From Paraspadella gotoi (Eukaryota; Animalia; Chaetognatha), in assembly GCA_051294375.1 (NCBI GenBank), contig CM119264.1, positions 10,763,832-10,827,831 on the forward strand: a stretch of DNA of 64,000 nt, written 5' to 3'. Below, in pieces: positions 42,543 through 54,204 of the stretch. The notes beneath the pieces were generated by a model. The model was not told where the DNA came from. It ran no database searches and saw nothing but the letters and a program-made list of their open reading frames with translations. The position numbers were made by a program, and so were the translations under genes. Numbering within the stretch: the stretch's first letter is position 1; every line of letters begins with the position of its first letter.

Positions 42543-43409
42543 TCAATATCGCACTCCTGCCTCTTCCTTCGGAATTTTAATGGCATCTTCGTAAGATGGC
42601 GGGAGCGCAGGGGAGAGGGCGCCGGGCGCGTAAGCCGGCGGCGCCGGATAAAACGGCGCCGCATTGGAATCGGCTGGGGGAACGAATCCGATGGGCGGGG
42701 GAGGAGGATAGGGGCCAAAGTCGGGCCCACCTACCGGGGCCATCCCACCAAATCCCGGAGGAGGCGGAGTGGTGGTGGCTCGCGAAGGTGGGTTGGGAGC
42801 CCGGCGGTCCCGGACGGCATCGCCCAACCGTTGGCGCCTTTAAAAAATTAGAATGCGTTAATCATGACTATCATCATCGTCATCGTAATCGTAAATTGTA
42901 TTTTCAGGTCAGTATCGTTTCCCTTACCTCCAGCGACGACCGACCTGTGACTGATTCATTCGCGCCATCGCCTGTTNNNNNNNNNNNNNNNNNNNNNNNN
43001 NCGGGGCCATCCCGCACCAAAAATCCGGAGGAGGCCGGATGGTGGTCGGGGCGAAGGTGGGTTGGTGAGCCTCGGCCGTCCCGGACGGCCATCGCCCAAC
43101 CGTTGGCGGCCTTTATAAAAATTAGAATGCGTTAATCATGAATATCATCATCGTCATCGTAATCGTAAATGTTATTCTCAGGGTGCAGTATCGTTTCCTT
43201 ACCTCCAGCGACGACGACCTGTGACTCTGATTCATTCGCCCGGCCCATCGACCTTGTTTGGCAGTTATGACAATATGCCTGAATGAGCGGACAACCGATG
43301 ATGATGACGAAGATGGCAAAAGACCAGAAGGTCGCGGCCAGATGGCTGGGAACACGTCCATGCTCGAACGCGATTGAGTAAATCACTAAAGCAATGCTGA
43401 ATCGTACAT
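42543..43409 (-). CDS. PY-cluster gene 2: two-exon single-pass membrane protein with a Pro-rich tail (PPAY, PPSYEDA); error-laden and split by an overfilled gap
   Basis: Exon 1 ~43409-43203 encodes hydrophobic LAATFWSFAIFVIIIGC..YCHNC. Intron GTAAGG..TTTATAAAG at 43202-43111 (duplicated at 42927-42838). Exon 2 42837-42543 encodes PPPPGFGG..PYPPPPPIGFVPP..PPAYAP..LPPSYEDAIKIP. Confidence 0.65.
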
Positions 43410-43835
43410 CAAGCTCGGCCGTGCGATTGATAGGTGAATTTATAATATTTTACATTGTCATAGTACAGGGATTGAAACCTGGGTTTCAACAAAATCATTA
43501 CAATGAACACGACGGCTGCAAATCTTAAAGATTCGCATAATTTTTTTTCACGACACAAAAAACAAAAAAACAATAAGGTAGTTGAGATATCGGCATCCGT
43601 TTTTCTAAAGAAATAAGTCATGGTTAAGAAAACAAAAGACCAAAAAAGAAAAAAAAATATACACCAGAAACCAAAACACAGAGAAGACAGCTAAACGTGC
43701 AGTTTTGAGCTGAAAAAAATATTAACAATGGAGATTTCGCCCGCCTGGATGATATGAAAAATGTACTGATACGGCCATGATGCCACGTCAAGACCGGAAG
43801 AGCCTTCGATGTCGCCAATCGCCACGCCCCCCGCG

Positions 43836-44066
43836 TCAATAATCTGCGTACATGGCGGGGTCGATGGCGTACTTGGCCTCCTCGTACTCGCGCAGCTTCA
43901 TCCCGTCCTTGATGTGGGCGTAGTTGGCTGAGAGGCAGGTCAGAAAGTGGACGAGTCCGAGAACGATCGCCGCCGCGCCCCCTGTCGCCAAGCAGAAGTA
44001 GACAAAGGAGCCTCTCGCCTCCTCGCAGAATCGGGCGAATTCGCTGCCGCACAATCGAGACGCCAC
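43836..44066 (-). CDS. M6: M6-like exon 5 (end of loop 2, TM4, cytoplasmic tail)
   Basis: CTCTCCAG|GTGGCG acceptor; VASRLCGSEFARFCEEARGSFVYFCLATGGAAAIVLGLVHFLTCLSANYAHIKDGMKLREYEEAKYAIDPAMYADY*. Confidence 0.9.
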   Translation of the reverse strand: MASRLCGSEFARFCEEARGSFVYFCLATGGAAAIVLGLVHFLTCLSANYAHIKDGMKLREYEEAKYAIDPAMYADY

Positions 44067-47000
44067 CTGGAGAGTGGGCGTGGAAATTATTGGTAATCGG
44101 AGTGAAGTTAATCTTTTATTTAAGAGACGACATCGATAACGAAGATGAGGCAAAAAAAATCATTGATGTCGTAGACTTAAAAGCAGCCAATCACGAAGCA
44201 GAACGGGGAACCTGCGTCAAGTCAGTGTCCCCAGGAATTCCGTCGAGGACGACGGTGACGTTGAAGCAAGTCTGCGGACGCCAGACTTCGTCGGCGCCGT
44301 AGTGATCGCAGTTCCCGATGCCGATGAAGAAGAGACAGAGAACAAGGATGAGAACGAGGCAGAAGAGGAACCATAACATCGTGAGAACATAACTGGACGG
44401 GATAAATAACAATACAAAATAACTGCCATCGCCTCATCCGAGCACACAATATATTGTTCTTTACGGGATTTTAATGCACTGGTTTACCGTGTAGTTAATC
44501 AGTAACATGTAACTAAGATGAGATATGAATATGAATATGAATATGAATAATGAATTAGACCTAACACGCGGGCGCAATTTACTGTGGCCCATGAGGTCAT
44601 TTCCGTTTACGAAAACTAAGTTACAGTGGTAAACCATTCATTTTTAAAACTCATTTACATAAATTAATTTTTGAGAACGTGAAATCCGAAAATTTTAAGA
44701 ATTATGTACAGACTTTTCAAATTGTTTAGACGTGATACTAAAGAAGAGAATAATAAAATAATAATAATAATCAATAATAATATAAAAAGAGAATACATAA
44801 GAAACAAAGAGTCATACAGACAAAACAGACAAACGCTATCCCCACGTGAGAACGATGAGAGAATGCTGAGGCGATCCGCCGGAGATTCGCGATCGAGAAT
44901 CCCGTGTACACTTGACGCTGTGGTGGCGCCCGTGGCGAGGAAGCCGATTATGTAGGAGGACGATGGCCAGAGTGTGACATGAGCAGCGCCGATCGAGATG
45001 ACTGCCGTCATCACGGCGCCCTCCAGGCCCGTCGCGGATCGTGATCTTTGAAGAGGGCGCAGCATCGCGATGAAGGAGTAGACCGAGGTGCAATTGCACA
45101 CGCAGGCGCACGCCACGCCGGCGCCGCCTGGGGTTGAGGGGGAGAGGGAGATATGACACAATGAAAAATAACGTGGCGTTTACTGTCTCGTGCTGATTTT
45201 GTTCCCTTTAAAATTATTTCTGAGTCAAATTAATTGATTATTACTTTGTGGTAATACATGGTGCGATAATACACTACTGGAGCATTACTGTGTCTGACGC
45301 ATGAAACCCTTGACCATCAACAAACACAAGCTAAACTAGATCAAAAATATAAAAAAGATGAAGCATATATAGCTCGAAACGCTTACATAAATTTAGAAAC
45401 CATTGCTTTCTTATAAATGCAAAAAAAGCTAATTAACTATTATTAAAACAAAATTTTTGAACGGATAAACTTAATAGTTACCAAAAAACAAGATGAATAT
45501 TTTTTTACCTATCATCTTCCTCATTTATATGGAATAATATGATTTTGTAATTAGTCCAAATTAATCCTAAATACAATATGAAAATTCATTTCAATTTTTT
45601 TGATGAATGGGAAGTTTTTGAACTGCTTACTCCCCTTCGTGGTTAGAATGTATCTAATATTTTCGAGGGTATTGTCAAAAACCTTATATAATTACTATAG
45701 TTTTCACATTTTTTTTCAAAGGTATCTTGTCAAAACAACACAATATCATAAAAACATTTTAAAATTAAATTAAAAAATAATTGATTGACTGATTTTTGGA
45801 AAAAATATTTTGAACTTGAGAATAATGGATTTTTCGAGTTAGGAAAAACAATTTGCAAATTCTAAAAAAATAGCAGCCTCCTAGCATTTTACGATTTTTC
45901 TAGAGGCTGTATTTTTTATTCTTTTTGTTAAGTATTTTGATTTTCTATGCAAAAGCCATTATTTCTCAATGTAGTATTAGGTCGGAGGAAATTGTTTTTC
46001 CAAGCAAATTTGAAATAATTTCAGCTTTTTTACCGATTAGGGCTTTTTTTTGGGGGAAGGATAAATAATCAATTATTATATACGATGGGTACATCCTAAA
46101 AGTGATATGTTCTAAACTGACAAAAACATTTTCTTCAAGTTTTTATTTTAAATATTTTAAGTATTGTATCAATAGGACTAATAAGTGAGATAGCTCCCGC
46201 TTTGCCAAAAAACTTTATTAACAGAAGATTGGTACCTGCGTAGTTAAAAAAAAAGTTAATTTATTAAATACATTTTGAAAGAAAGAAGAGCTAGCCAGAT
46301 GGGTGTGGTAGTCAAAATTAAGCGCGCCTAGAATCCATTGGGAACCCTTTCTAAAAAGTTTTATTACAATTTTAAATCCATAACAATCTTTTACACAGCT
46401 TTTGTTTAAATCAGAGTTAAAATTATGAACAAGTTTTTTGCTTTTAAAAATTTTAATGAGGCATATGAAATTTTTTATATTTTCTTTTGTAATTTAAAAG
46501 AAAGGAAAGACTGAATTACATTTTGATTATTATAAATTTTCTTTATTCCATAAAACTGCTTATATTTTAAGTTAAAGTAAAAAACAAGCAAAAGTTTATA
46601 TTGTAGGATTTTGATAAAATGTCTTTTTAAATATCAAAATGATAAAGTAAAGCAAATAATGTTATTCAGCTCTTATGATAATTAGCAACAAGTTCCTGGA
46701 CATCGTACGCTTCTGTCTGTGAAAAAATCGGCATTTTTTTTAAATTATCTTTAACTGCATAAACTAAAAGCTTGACACACGGCGGAACTGCTTGTTTTCA
46801 TTTCAATAAAAGTTTAAAAAATTATATAAGCTGGGCATGAATAATATTTGACAAAGTCGAAGGACATCATTGTGTATTATATATTGTAATTGAGATAATT
46901 TGTTCCGTTGTAAATATACGGCAGGAATTTAAATTCTATTATTTATCATCTCCATTTTAGATTTAAGAAAAAACTATTTTCTTCGTAAAGCCCATTAGAA

Positions 47001-50000
47001 AGGGTTTCTATTTTGACCTGACTTAATGATCACGAATTTTATAGATTAATCTTTATCTTTGCCAGCCCATTTCAACAAAGATATAAAAAGGTCCCCCCCC
47101 CAAAAGTGAGGAGATTTTTTTAATCCCAAGTATCGAGTAAGTGATCCAAGAGTTTATACTGTACCACTTTAAATACAGACCTGCATGTCTAAATTTCGGT
47201 TTTTTCCTTTTCAAATGTATTAACATATAGAACAAAATTAGTTTGAAGAGAACAATCGGGCGTGCAGGATGGCGAATTAGATGTAAGCCTTTAGTTACGA
47301 CCACACTGTAAGGTTCCCGCGAATCGAAAGATTTTTAAATGAAGGTTTTTTTTCCATCTATTTCCTGAGACATTAAAGGGGCACTACTTTTGGCATAAGC
47401 GTTATTCTTTTAAGTATTAATCTGTTCCGATAATTAGCGAACGACGATAATTAACAATTACACCACGTTAGAATATTTTGGCGATCGGGACGCTGAATCG
47501 AAAGCACGTGTAATTCTTCTACCAGTGGCACGTTGAGCCGTTTGTTTGTTTATGCGATACAAAATATGTTTTACAGATTAGTTCGATACACGTATAAACA
47601 ATGTTAAAATACACTATCGAGACGAGAAGGATAACAATCGAGTAGTTTACAAAACTGTAAATGATCCGTCATTGTAACATTTGAATATTCTACAAAGATA
47701 AACAGCTAAAAAACGGTTTCAATCTTCAGAGGCTGTTAATCTTTTAGTGTTGTGCTTTTCGTGTTCAAGCGTCTCTTGATTCGTCGGTTGTTTGCCGCGC
47801 GGCATCTGGCAATTCTGTCGGCATATGTTTGGAGGGCGTAGAATATCTTTTGTCCGTTCGATCGCTGATGCCGACAGCGTCTTCACGTGCACCAAGCACC
47901 GACGTCTCGGTAGGGACGCAGATGCAGACGGATTCGACCGGCTACATAAGCTCGGCTGGGTAAAGGGGGGCGAACCGGACCTCGTCGTGCGGTCCTCGAG
48001 AGTTAGTGCTGGTGTTGAAACGACGATCGGGATTGTGGCGCGACAGCGGCTCGCGTGCTTCTTCGTCAACTGCGGGCTGAGTGGCGTCGCTCGTCCTGCG
48101 GGCTAGGGAAGAGAGCGAGTGCGTGCGCCGGCCACGCCTGGGAGGCGCCGCGGGGATGGGTCGGGCAGCGCCGCTCGCGTCTTCGCACAAACCGGCTTGA
48201 CGGACGGTCCGACGGGCCCGACGACTTCAATCGAGGCGTCCGGCGTGTCAAGTCCGAGCGGAAAATTTGGACTGGCGGGAGACGAACGCTCGAACGGGGG
48301 CCGTCGTAGACCTGGGAGCCTAGAGGGCCACGGTGCGAGCGTTCGCGGTCGGATTCCAAAACCAAAACGGCAACCTTTGAAGGCCATCCGAAAGCTTTTG
48401 GGATGATTCGCGCTCGCGCGTGTGCCGTCAGACCGGTCGAAGGGCGTCCATTTCGCGCAGCCCGCACGGGCTTCGCAAAGCAGCGGGCAGTCAGGACGGG
48501 CGGCGACAAAGTGTGCCGTCCGGATGCAATTCGGTGCACCGGTGAGCGCGCCAAGATCTTCTCCGTAGACCTAATCGGCGCGGCAATGCTTTAGAGGTCG
48601 GCCTTGTGGGTACTGAGCGGTCTAGGCCGCCAGGAAGGTCCAAGGAGCTTGTCACCCCACTCAAGTCGGCGCCAAGACAGCTTGGCGCGCAGCGACGGCT
48701 TGAGGTCGCGGTGGAACCTCTCCACCAATTCCGAGTTGGCCTGAGGGTGATACAGATGTCTATGATGCACGTTGGCGGCCGAGGAGAGATGACACCGCTT
48801 CCTCAGTGGTGAGCGCCACAGCCTGGCAAGAAACGAACCTGAGCTTCCGCGATCGACGTTATGCTGAAGTGGGACGGCGATCCGACAGATGCTGCGAAAA
48901 GGCGCCACACCGATTCGGAAGAGAAGCCTTGCACCGACCGTCTCGCCTGATATCAGACAAGGGCAATGCCTCTGGCCAGCGGTGAAACGGTCCACCACGG
49001 GTGGAGGAGATAAGAGGCGCGCGAGATACGGGCAGTACGCGCCCGACAAGATCCACGTGGAACACTGTTGGAATCTTCTTGCCGGCGGGCCGAAACTCTC
49101 GACGGTGCGCAGAGGCGTGGAAACGCGGACTCTTGACCTTTGACATTGGGGCGGCAGGCACGTGCCCAAGCCGGGTGACACGGTCTTTGTGTGAAGCCGG
49201 GGTCCAGACAAATCTTTAGAGACGAGTGATTTCCGACTGTCTTGATTCCGGATGAGATAAAGTTGTCGGTGGATTTTAGCATAGGGCGGGTCAAAAACTG
49301 TCCGGCGCCAATTGAGCGAGGCAGCCACCGGACGGGAGACGGCCGAGGTTGCAGGGACATCGCAGGATGACTGCGATCGTCAGAAGTAGAAGCTTCTTTC
49401 AGGAACTAACGGCTGTCTCGTCGTCAGCGCTGAAGGAGGCGGCTGATTACCGCATCTGTCTTTCTGGTCGTATGGCGATGGGCGGCGAAATCCGAGTCGC
49501 CAAGCCGAACCACCACACGAAGGGCTGACATCCTTCTAGGATGACGACGCGGGAAAAGCGCGTCGGCGACTGACGTTCTTGACTGTGCCCGATGATGTGG
49601 CGGAAGTCCGTCGTAATATTCAGAGAATGGCGGCGAGTTGATCTCGCCTGTCGGGGCAGACTTGCTGTCGGTTTTCTTCGCGATGGATGGGAAACCAAAC
49701 TCACGTGAGATTCCGGTGAATAGCGTGAACGGGGCGAGCGCCTTCGAGAAATACCGGAGAATGGGCGGAGCGGCAGAGTGCGCCGCGCGGAAGAGCTACT
49801 CTGGAGGTCGTAAGGAGGGATAGCGTTGTTTGCGTTCGATAGGCTGCAACGGTTTGTGAGAAAAAGGCGAGAGGACCGCCAGGACTGCGACCAGCTCGAC
49901 CTATGTTCAGAACGCGCGCTTGAGGCGATGTCCAGAAGCGCATCGACTGGTGAGAGCGGATCGGCGCGCNNNNNNNNNNNNNNNNNNNNNNNNNACTGGA

Positions 50001-51309
50001 CGGGATAAATAACAATACAAAATAACTGCCATCCAAACCTTGTGTCCCGAGCACACAATATATTGTTCTTCCGGGATTTTTAATGCACTGGTTTACCGTA
50101 TAGAATCAGTAACATTGGAACTAGATTTGAATATGAATATGAATATGAATATGGAATATGAATTAGACTAAACCGGGCGCAATTTACTGTGGCCCATGAG
50201 GTCATTTCGTTACGAAAACTAAGTTAATGGTAAAAATTCATTTTTAAAACTCATTTAAATATAATTTTTTAAAGTGAAAATCCAAAATTTAAGAATTATG
50301 TACAGACTTTCAAATTGTTAGTACGTGATACTAAAAAGAGAATATAAAATAATAATAATAATAATAATAATAAAAAGAGAATATAAAGAAACAAACGAGG
50401 TCATACAGACAAACAGACAAACGTATATCCCACGTGAGAACGATGAAGAATGCTGAGGCGATCTCGCCCGAGATTCGCGATCGAAATCCCGTGTAGACTT
50501 GACGCTGTGTGCGCCCGTGGCGAGGAACCGATTATGGAGGAGGCGATGGCAGAGTGGACATGACAGTCCGCCGAATCGTAGAGATGACTGCCGTCATCAC
50601 GGCGCCCTCCACGCCCTCGCGGATCGTGATCTTGAAGAGGCGCAGCATCGCGATGAAGGACGGTAGACCGAGGTGCATGCACACGCAGGCGCACGCCACG
50701 CCGGCGCCTGGGGTTGAGGGGGAGAGGGAGATATAGAAAACCGGAGACAGTGATAGAGACAGAGAGAAAGACAGAGACAGAGACGGAAACAAAAACAGAA
50801 TGACGCAAAGAATAACAAAATATGTAGATGATTCAATGGAATCGGGAGTCGCCGTCGACGGAAGGCGAATTACCACTATCTCTATCTCTATCTCTATCTC
50901 TATCAATCGAGTACTTGAAATTTAAAATAACAAAATATGTTTTTTTTTCCTCTTCCCCTTTAAAAAAAAAACATCAATAAATGCCGCGCCCAGTACACTA
51001 AAAAAATATAAAGCATCCTACACCAAAAATTAACGACCACGCACCATTACAATATTCGTTATTTTCACGCTCGAGAATTCTTGACACACCAATTTTTTTC
51101 TCACCTGTGATGACCGTCGCCAAAAGCGAGCCGTAGGGAATTCGACGGAAGCATTCCGCGCATCGCGACGCAGCGCCAGACCGGAAGTGGCGCTCAGAAA
51201 GGCCGACGCCGGAGCGCCGCTCGGGCGTCACGCTCAAATTCGGAGAAACGAGTTCCTGATATTTAGTTGCAGGCTAGGCGAGGTTTCAAATAAAAAGGGT
51301 TATCCATCG

Positions 51310-51400
<91 letters not shown>

Positions 51401-51952
51401 AATAGATAAATCAATCAATCAATCAATCAAAAAGAAACAAAGAAACAAAGTGACCAACGAAAAATGAAACAAAGAATAAAAAACCTATCTTAGCTCTCCC
51501 TGATAATCTTGCACGTGAAAATTCCTCTAACGCACCTGATTAGATCTGGAATGCTGTTTGTCTAATACTTCGACGGCGCCGTCCTTCCGGCCGGCGCGTC
51601 CCAAGCTGAGATCTCGGAAGATAGTGGCGCTGGGGTCGCGCCATCTTTGGGACGCTTGGCGCGGAGACGGTTCATCGCGGCGCCAATCCTCGACCGGAGA
51701 GGGCGCCGCCCGATGAGATTCGGAATCCTCGCGATGTATCGCCAGAAGCAACGGCTGCGGCGTCGATGGCTTCGCCGCGCCCCGCGACGGCGGTGGCGTT
51801 GACTTCGGCGGCGGCGGAGGCATGGTCGTCGGCGGCGGAGATGTCGGCGGCGGGGGCGCTACGACTCGCGGCGTCGGGAAGTCCATCTCTGAACGCCGAT
51901 TGGAAGGCGCCGGTCTCGGCGCCGGAAGATCGAAGTCGGAATCTTCGTTCAT
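43836..51952 (-). CDS. M6: Proteolipid-protein family tetraspan membrane glycoprotein (M6/GPM6/PLP-DM20-like), 5 coding exons, ~420 aa
   Basis: Exons: 51952-51536, 51255-51105, 45127-44846 (duplicate 50707-50434), 44392-44212, 44066-43836. Sites are GT-AG and phases match at each junction (0,1,2,0; exon 3 has internal indel errors). Family motifs: RCAECFRRIPYGSLLATVI, AGVACACVC, IIGFLATGAT, YVLTMLWFLFCLVLILVL..C, LCGSEFARFC, LVHFLTCLSANYAHIKD. These match M6/GPM6A motifs such as PYASLIAT, GVALFC, GFLATGAT and VHYLMCLSANYAHIRD. Confidence 0.9.
44212..44392 (-). CDS. M6: M6-like exon 4 (TM3 and extracellular loop 2)
   Basis: CCCGTCCAG|TTATGTT acceptor and CAG|GTTCCC donor; YVLTMLWFLFCLVLILVLCLFFIGIGNCDHYGADEVWRPQTCFNVTVVLDGIPGDTDLTQ, with an N-glycosylation sequon NVT. 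Confidence 0.88.
44846..45127 (-). CDS. M6: M6-like exon 3 (TM1 end to TM2/TM3 start), with indel errors
   Basis: CAACCCCAG|GCGGCG acceptor and CTCAC|GTGGGG donor; GAGVACACVC..SFIAML..EGAVMTAVISIGAA..IIGFLATGAT..SRSRISGG..LIVLT. Confidence 0.82.
47950..49969 (-). mobile_element. Degenerate Ty3/Gypsy LTR-retrotransposon pol fragment (RNase H, integrase, GPY/F tail)
   Basis: Motifs spread over several frames: FLEGARP.., RQAR..TTDFRHIIG (RNase H end), C..CQRSRV (zinc finger), HVDLVG, VDRFT/RWPEA, YHPQANSELVERFHRDLKPSLRA (integrase DDE core), KADL, YDGP, RTTRSG. Truncated by the gap at 49970. Confidence 0.92.
49995..50735 (-). repeat. Duplicate of M6 intron 3 and exon 3 (44392-45154)
   Basis: ACTGGACGGGATAAATAACAATAC...GGGGAGAGGGAGATAT is repeated. 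The exon-3 copy lies at 50434-50707. Begins at a 25-N gap. Confidence 0.9.
51105..51255 (-). CDS. M6: M6-like exon 2
   Basis: ATATCAG|GAACTC acceptor and ACAG|GTGAG donor; ELVSPNLSVTPERRSGVGLSERHFRSGAASRCAECFRRIPYGSLLATVIT. Confidence 0.88.
51310..51402. repeat. (AAAG)n microsatellite in M6 intron 1
   Basis: Direct reading. Confidence 0.95.
51536..51952 (-). CDS. M6: M6-like exon 1: 139-aa Pro/Ser/Arg-rich cytoplasmic extension
   Basis: GCGATGAAC start; MNEDSDFDLPAPRP..PPPPTSPPPTTMPPPPPK..HSRSNQ ends in a CAG|GTGCGT donor, phase 0, compatible with exon 2. Confidence 0.7.
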
Positions 51953-52343
51953 CGCGTGAATGACGTCATCGTGCGAAAAAAAGTTTTGTTTTAAAAGAAA
52001 AAAAATGTTTGTGTCTCGAGCGAAGTTCAAACTTTGAGCGTCACCGAAAAATTAGATCTTTGATCCGAACAAAAAAATGAACACGGGTTCAAATCTGACA
52101 TTTGTGGTGATACTGAAATGGGTAATTTTCCGTGATGTGGAAACCAGTATGCATATATTATTTTGTAAAAATACGTATGAAAAGCTCAAAAATCAATAAC
52201 CCAAAATATACTCATTCAACAGATATAATATATCCATGGGCGTTGACGAATGAAATAGAAAAAAAAAAAAGAGAATGAGATTCTTTACATAATAATACAT
52301 AACATTCTTCTTAAAGATAATATTGTAAATATACATCAGTTAT

Positions 52344-53042
52344 TTAATATCTACTTCGATTTCCAGTGCTCGAGTTCCCCGAAGATCGTCCTCTTCCGCT
52401 TCCTCTTTCTCTTCCTCTTCCGCTTCTCCTTCCGTTTCCATTTCTTCTTCCTCCTCCTCCTCCTCCACTTCCGCTCTGAGATTTCTCCTCGGGACGCTCT
52501 CGACTCTGAACGGGCGGACAAAAGGGGGCGTGGCTCGAGTCCCCTTCCGCCTCTGACTGAGGATAAGCGCCGTCTGTAGGCGGGTAGTAGGGCGGGTAAG
52601 GCGGCGGATAAGGCGTCGGGTAAGTTGACGGGTTAGCGCCTTCCGACGGCGGATATGGGTATGGGTATGGGTAAGGATACGGATACTCCCCGGCCGACAC
52701 CGCCGACCATTGATTGACGGAGAGGTTGGACGCGTATTGGTCCATTTCCTCCATCTTGCGTCGCTGACTTCGTCGATAGTAGCAGACGCCGACGACGATG
52801 ACGAGGATGACAAAAATGAGGCCGCCTAGCGTGCCCAGTAGCGGTACGCCCCAGAGTGTCCAGTCGTCGTTCTTGTGCTCGTGCGTAGGATCCCAAACGG
52901 GTTTATCCCAAGGCGACCAATAGGTGGACCACTCGGTCTGATCGTGATCGGTCCACTCTTTCCACTGGCCCCACTGGTTCCACCCGCTCCAGGAGCCCCA
53001 GGGTTTGTTGTAGGTGGCCCAGGAGTCGGGAAGCCAAGACAT
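52344..53042 (-). CDS. PY-cluster gene 3: Trp-rich ectodomain, single TM, (PY)n/PPPY tail, 232 aa
   Basis: Intact ORF: WGSWSGWNQWGQWKEW N-terminal region; TM LLGTLGGLIFVILVIVVGVC; YYRRSQRRK stop-transfer; YPYPYPYPYPYPP..PYPPPYPPYYPP; Gly/Arg-rich end. Confidence 0.85.
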   Translation of the reverse strand: MSWLPDSWATYNKPWGSWSGWNQWGQWKEWTDHDQTEWSTYWSPWDKPVWDPTHEHKNDDWTLWGVPLLGTLGGLIFVILVIVVGVCYYRRSQRRKMEEMDQYASNLSVNQWSAVSAGEYPYPYPYPYPYPPSEGANPSTYPTPYPPPYPPYYPPTDGAYPQSEAEGDSSHAPFCPPVQSRERPEEKSQSGSGGGGGGRRNGNGRRSGRGRERGSGRGRSSGNSSTGNRSRY

Positions 53043-53358
53043 GATGATGATAACTAAACTAAAAAGCAGGACAAAATTAACGACAATATTGTTGATCGCA
53101 TCCTTATTCCGAAAGCAAAGATGAAAATATTACGAGAATTTTATTTATTAATTCCATTCAATTTTTAAGTTTTACAGCCGTAAAAGTTAAGAATCATTTT
53201 TATATTGTGACTGATGAGTACGTAATACTAGTCTTGTATTCATTTTTGAGAGAAAATCCAGTGCATCGCGAACGTCCAGCAGATATACAAGGAAAAAGCA
53301 CCGGTTCGCGTTGCCAATTTTTAGTCGGTTATCAAAATATAACAATTAGCAATTAGCG

Positions 53359-53835
53359 TCATTTTGGAGATTCTAGTTTCGGACGCAAAGAGTCGTAGGA
53401 CGGTGGCGCCTCTCCCTTAGAGGAAAAAATGTCACCGTTCTCGGCGTCGAACGCTACGGGAATGACGAAAACGTCTTCGTAGTCTGGCGCCGGCTCTGCG
53501 CCAAAGACCGCGTCGTAAGAGGGTGTCGCCCCGGGGCCGGAATAGACGGCTTCGTATGGCGGCGGGGCTAAAACAACGTCGCTTGGCAGGGAGGTGAGTT
53601 CGTCTCTCCGAACGGCGGGGCCTATCGTAGCTGGATCGACCCTGGAGCGTCCCGTCCACGTGAACGGTGCTGGATGCACCGATCGGATGTAGGCTTCGCG
53701 CTTGGCCAACGTCTGGCACCTCCAAGCCAAGTAAACGCTGCACCCGACGCAACAGATCAGCAACGACAATCCGCCGACGCAGACGAAAATGATGACGAAA
53801 TCGAATCCCGTAAACATCGTCGTAGTTGGCGCCAT
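53359..53835 (-). CDS. PY-cluster gene 4: single-pass membrane protein, 158 aa, PPPYEAV/TPSY/APDY/PPSYDSL
   Basis: GC-rich ORF in an AT-rich background; ATG at 53835; TM FVIIFVCVGGLSLLICCVGCSVYLAW; tail DVFVIPV..EAPPSYDSL. Confidence 0.88.
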   Translation of the reverse strand: MAPTTTMFTGFDFVIIFVCVGGLSLLICCVGCSVYLAWRCQTLAKREAYIRSVHPAPFTWTGRSRVDPATIGPAVRRDELTSLPSDVVLAPPPYEAVYSGPGATPSYDAVFGAEPAPDYEDVFVIPVAFDAENGDIFSSKGEAPPSYDSLRPKLESPK

Positions 53836-54204
53836 GGAGTTCACGTCTTCTGAGTACGTCGACGATCAATTGGAGGCGAGAGATCGAAGCCGTTCGAGGC
53901 TTCGAGTCTCATCGCAGAGGAAACGACCTGTGAACGATTCGACATTTGGGTTAGTCGACTTGAACAAAAACTTTAAAAATGGGATTAAATTACAAAAACG
54001 CGAAAATACATTATGGCAAGATTGACAAAAATGGCAAGACCGAAAAATGTTTGGCCGACCAGTTAGTTGATCGTTGTTTCAATTATTGCACAGCGATATA
54101 GTTATAATGATAAAAAACGTGTAAAGCGTAAAAGACAAACTGAATTAGAAAATAAAGGTTAATGATGATTGGAAAACGAAAAAAAAGGTTTTCCCAAAAA
54201 TGTA

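Noticed and set aside
42735-43250. Apparent tandem duplication of the exon/intron junction in PY gene 2
   Set aside because: The copies flank a 25-N gap and differ only by indel-type noise, so this is counted as one gene.
45960-46110. TATTAGGTCGG.. and TACGATGGG..AAAAGT motifs reminiscent of Tc1/mariner TIR starts
   Set aside because: No matching inverted partner or transposase found. Too short to support a call.
52340-52813. Alternative-frame ORF with poly-Glu overlapping PY gene 3
   Set aside because: Shadow frame of the GC- and purine-rich coding sequence, with no ATG start or TM. A late frameshift giving gene 3 an acidic C-terminus cannot be fully excluded.
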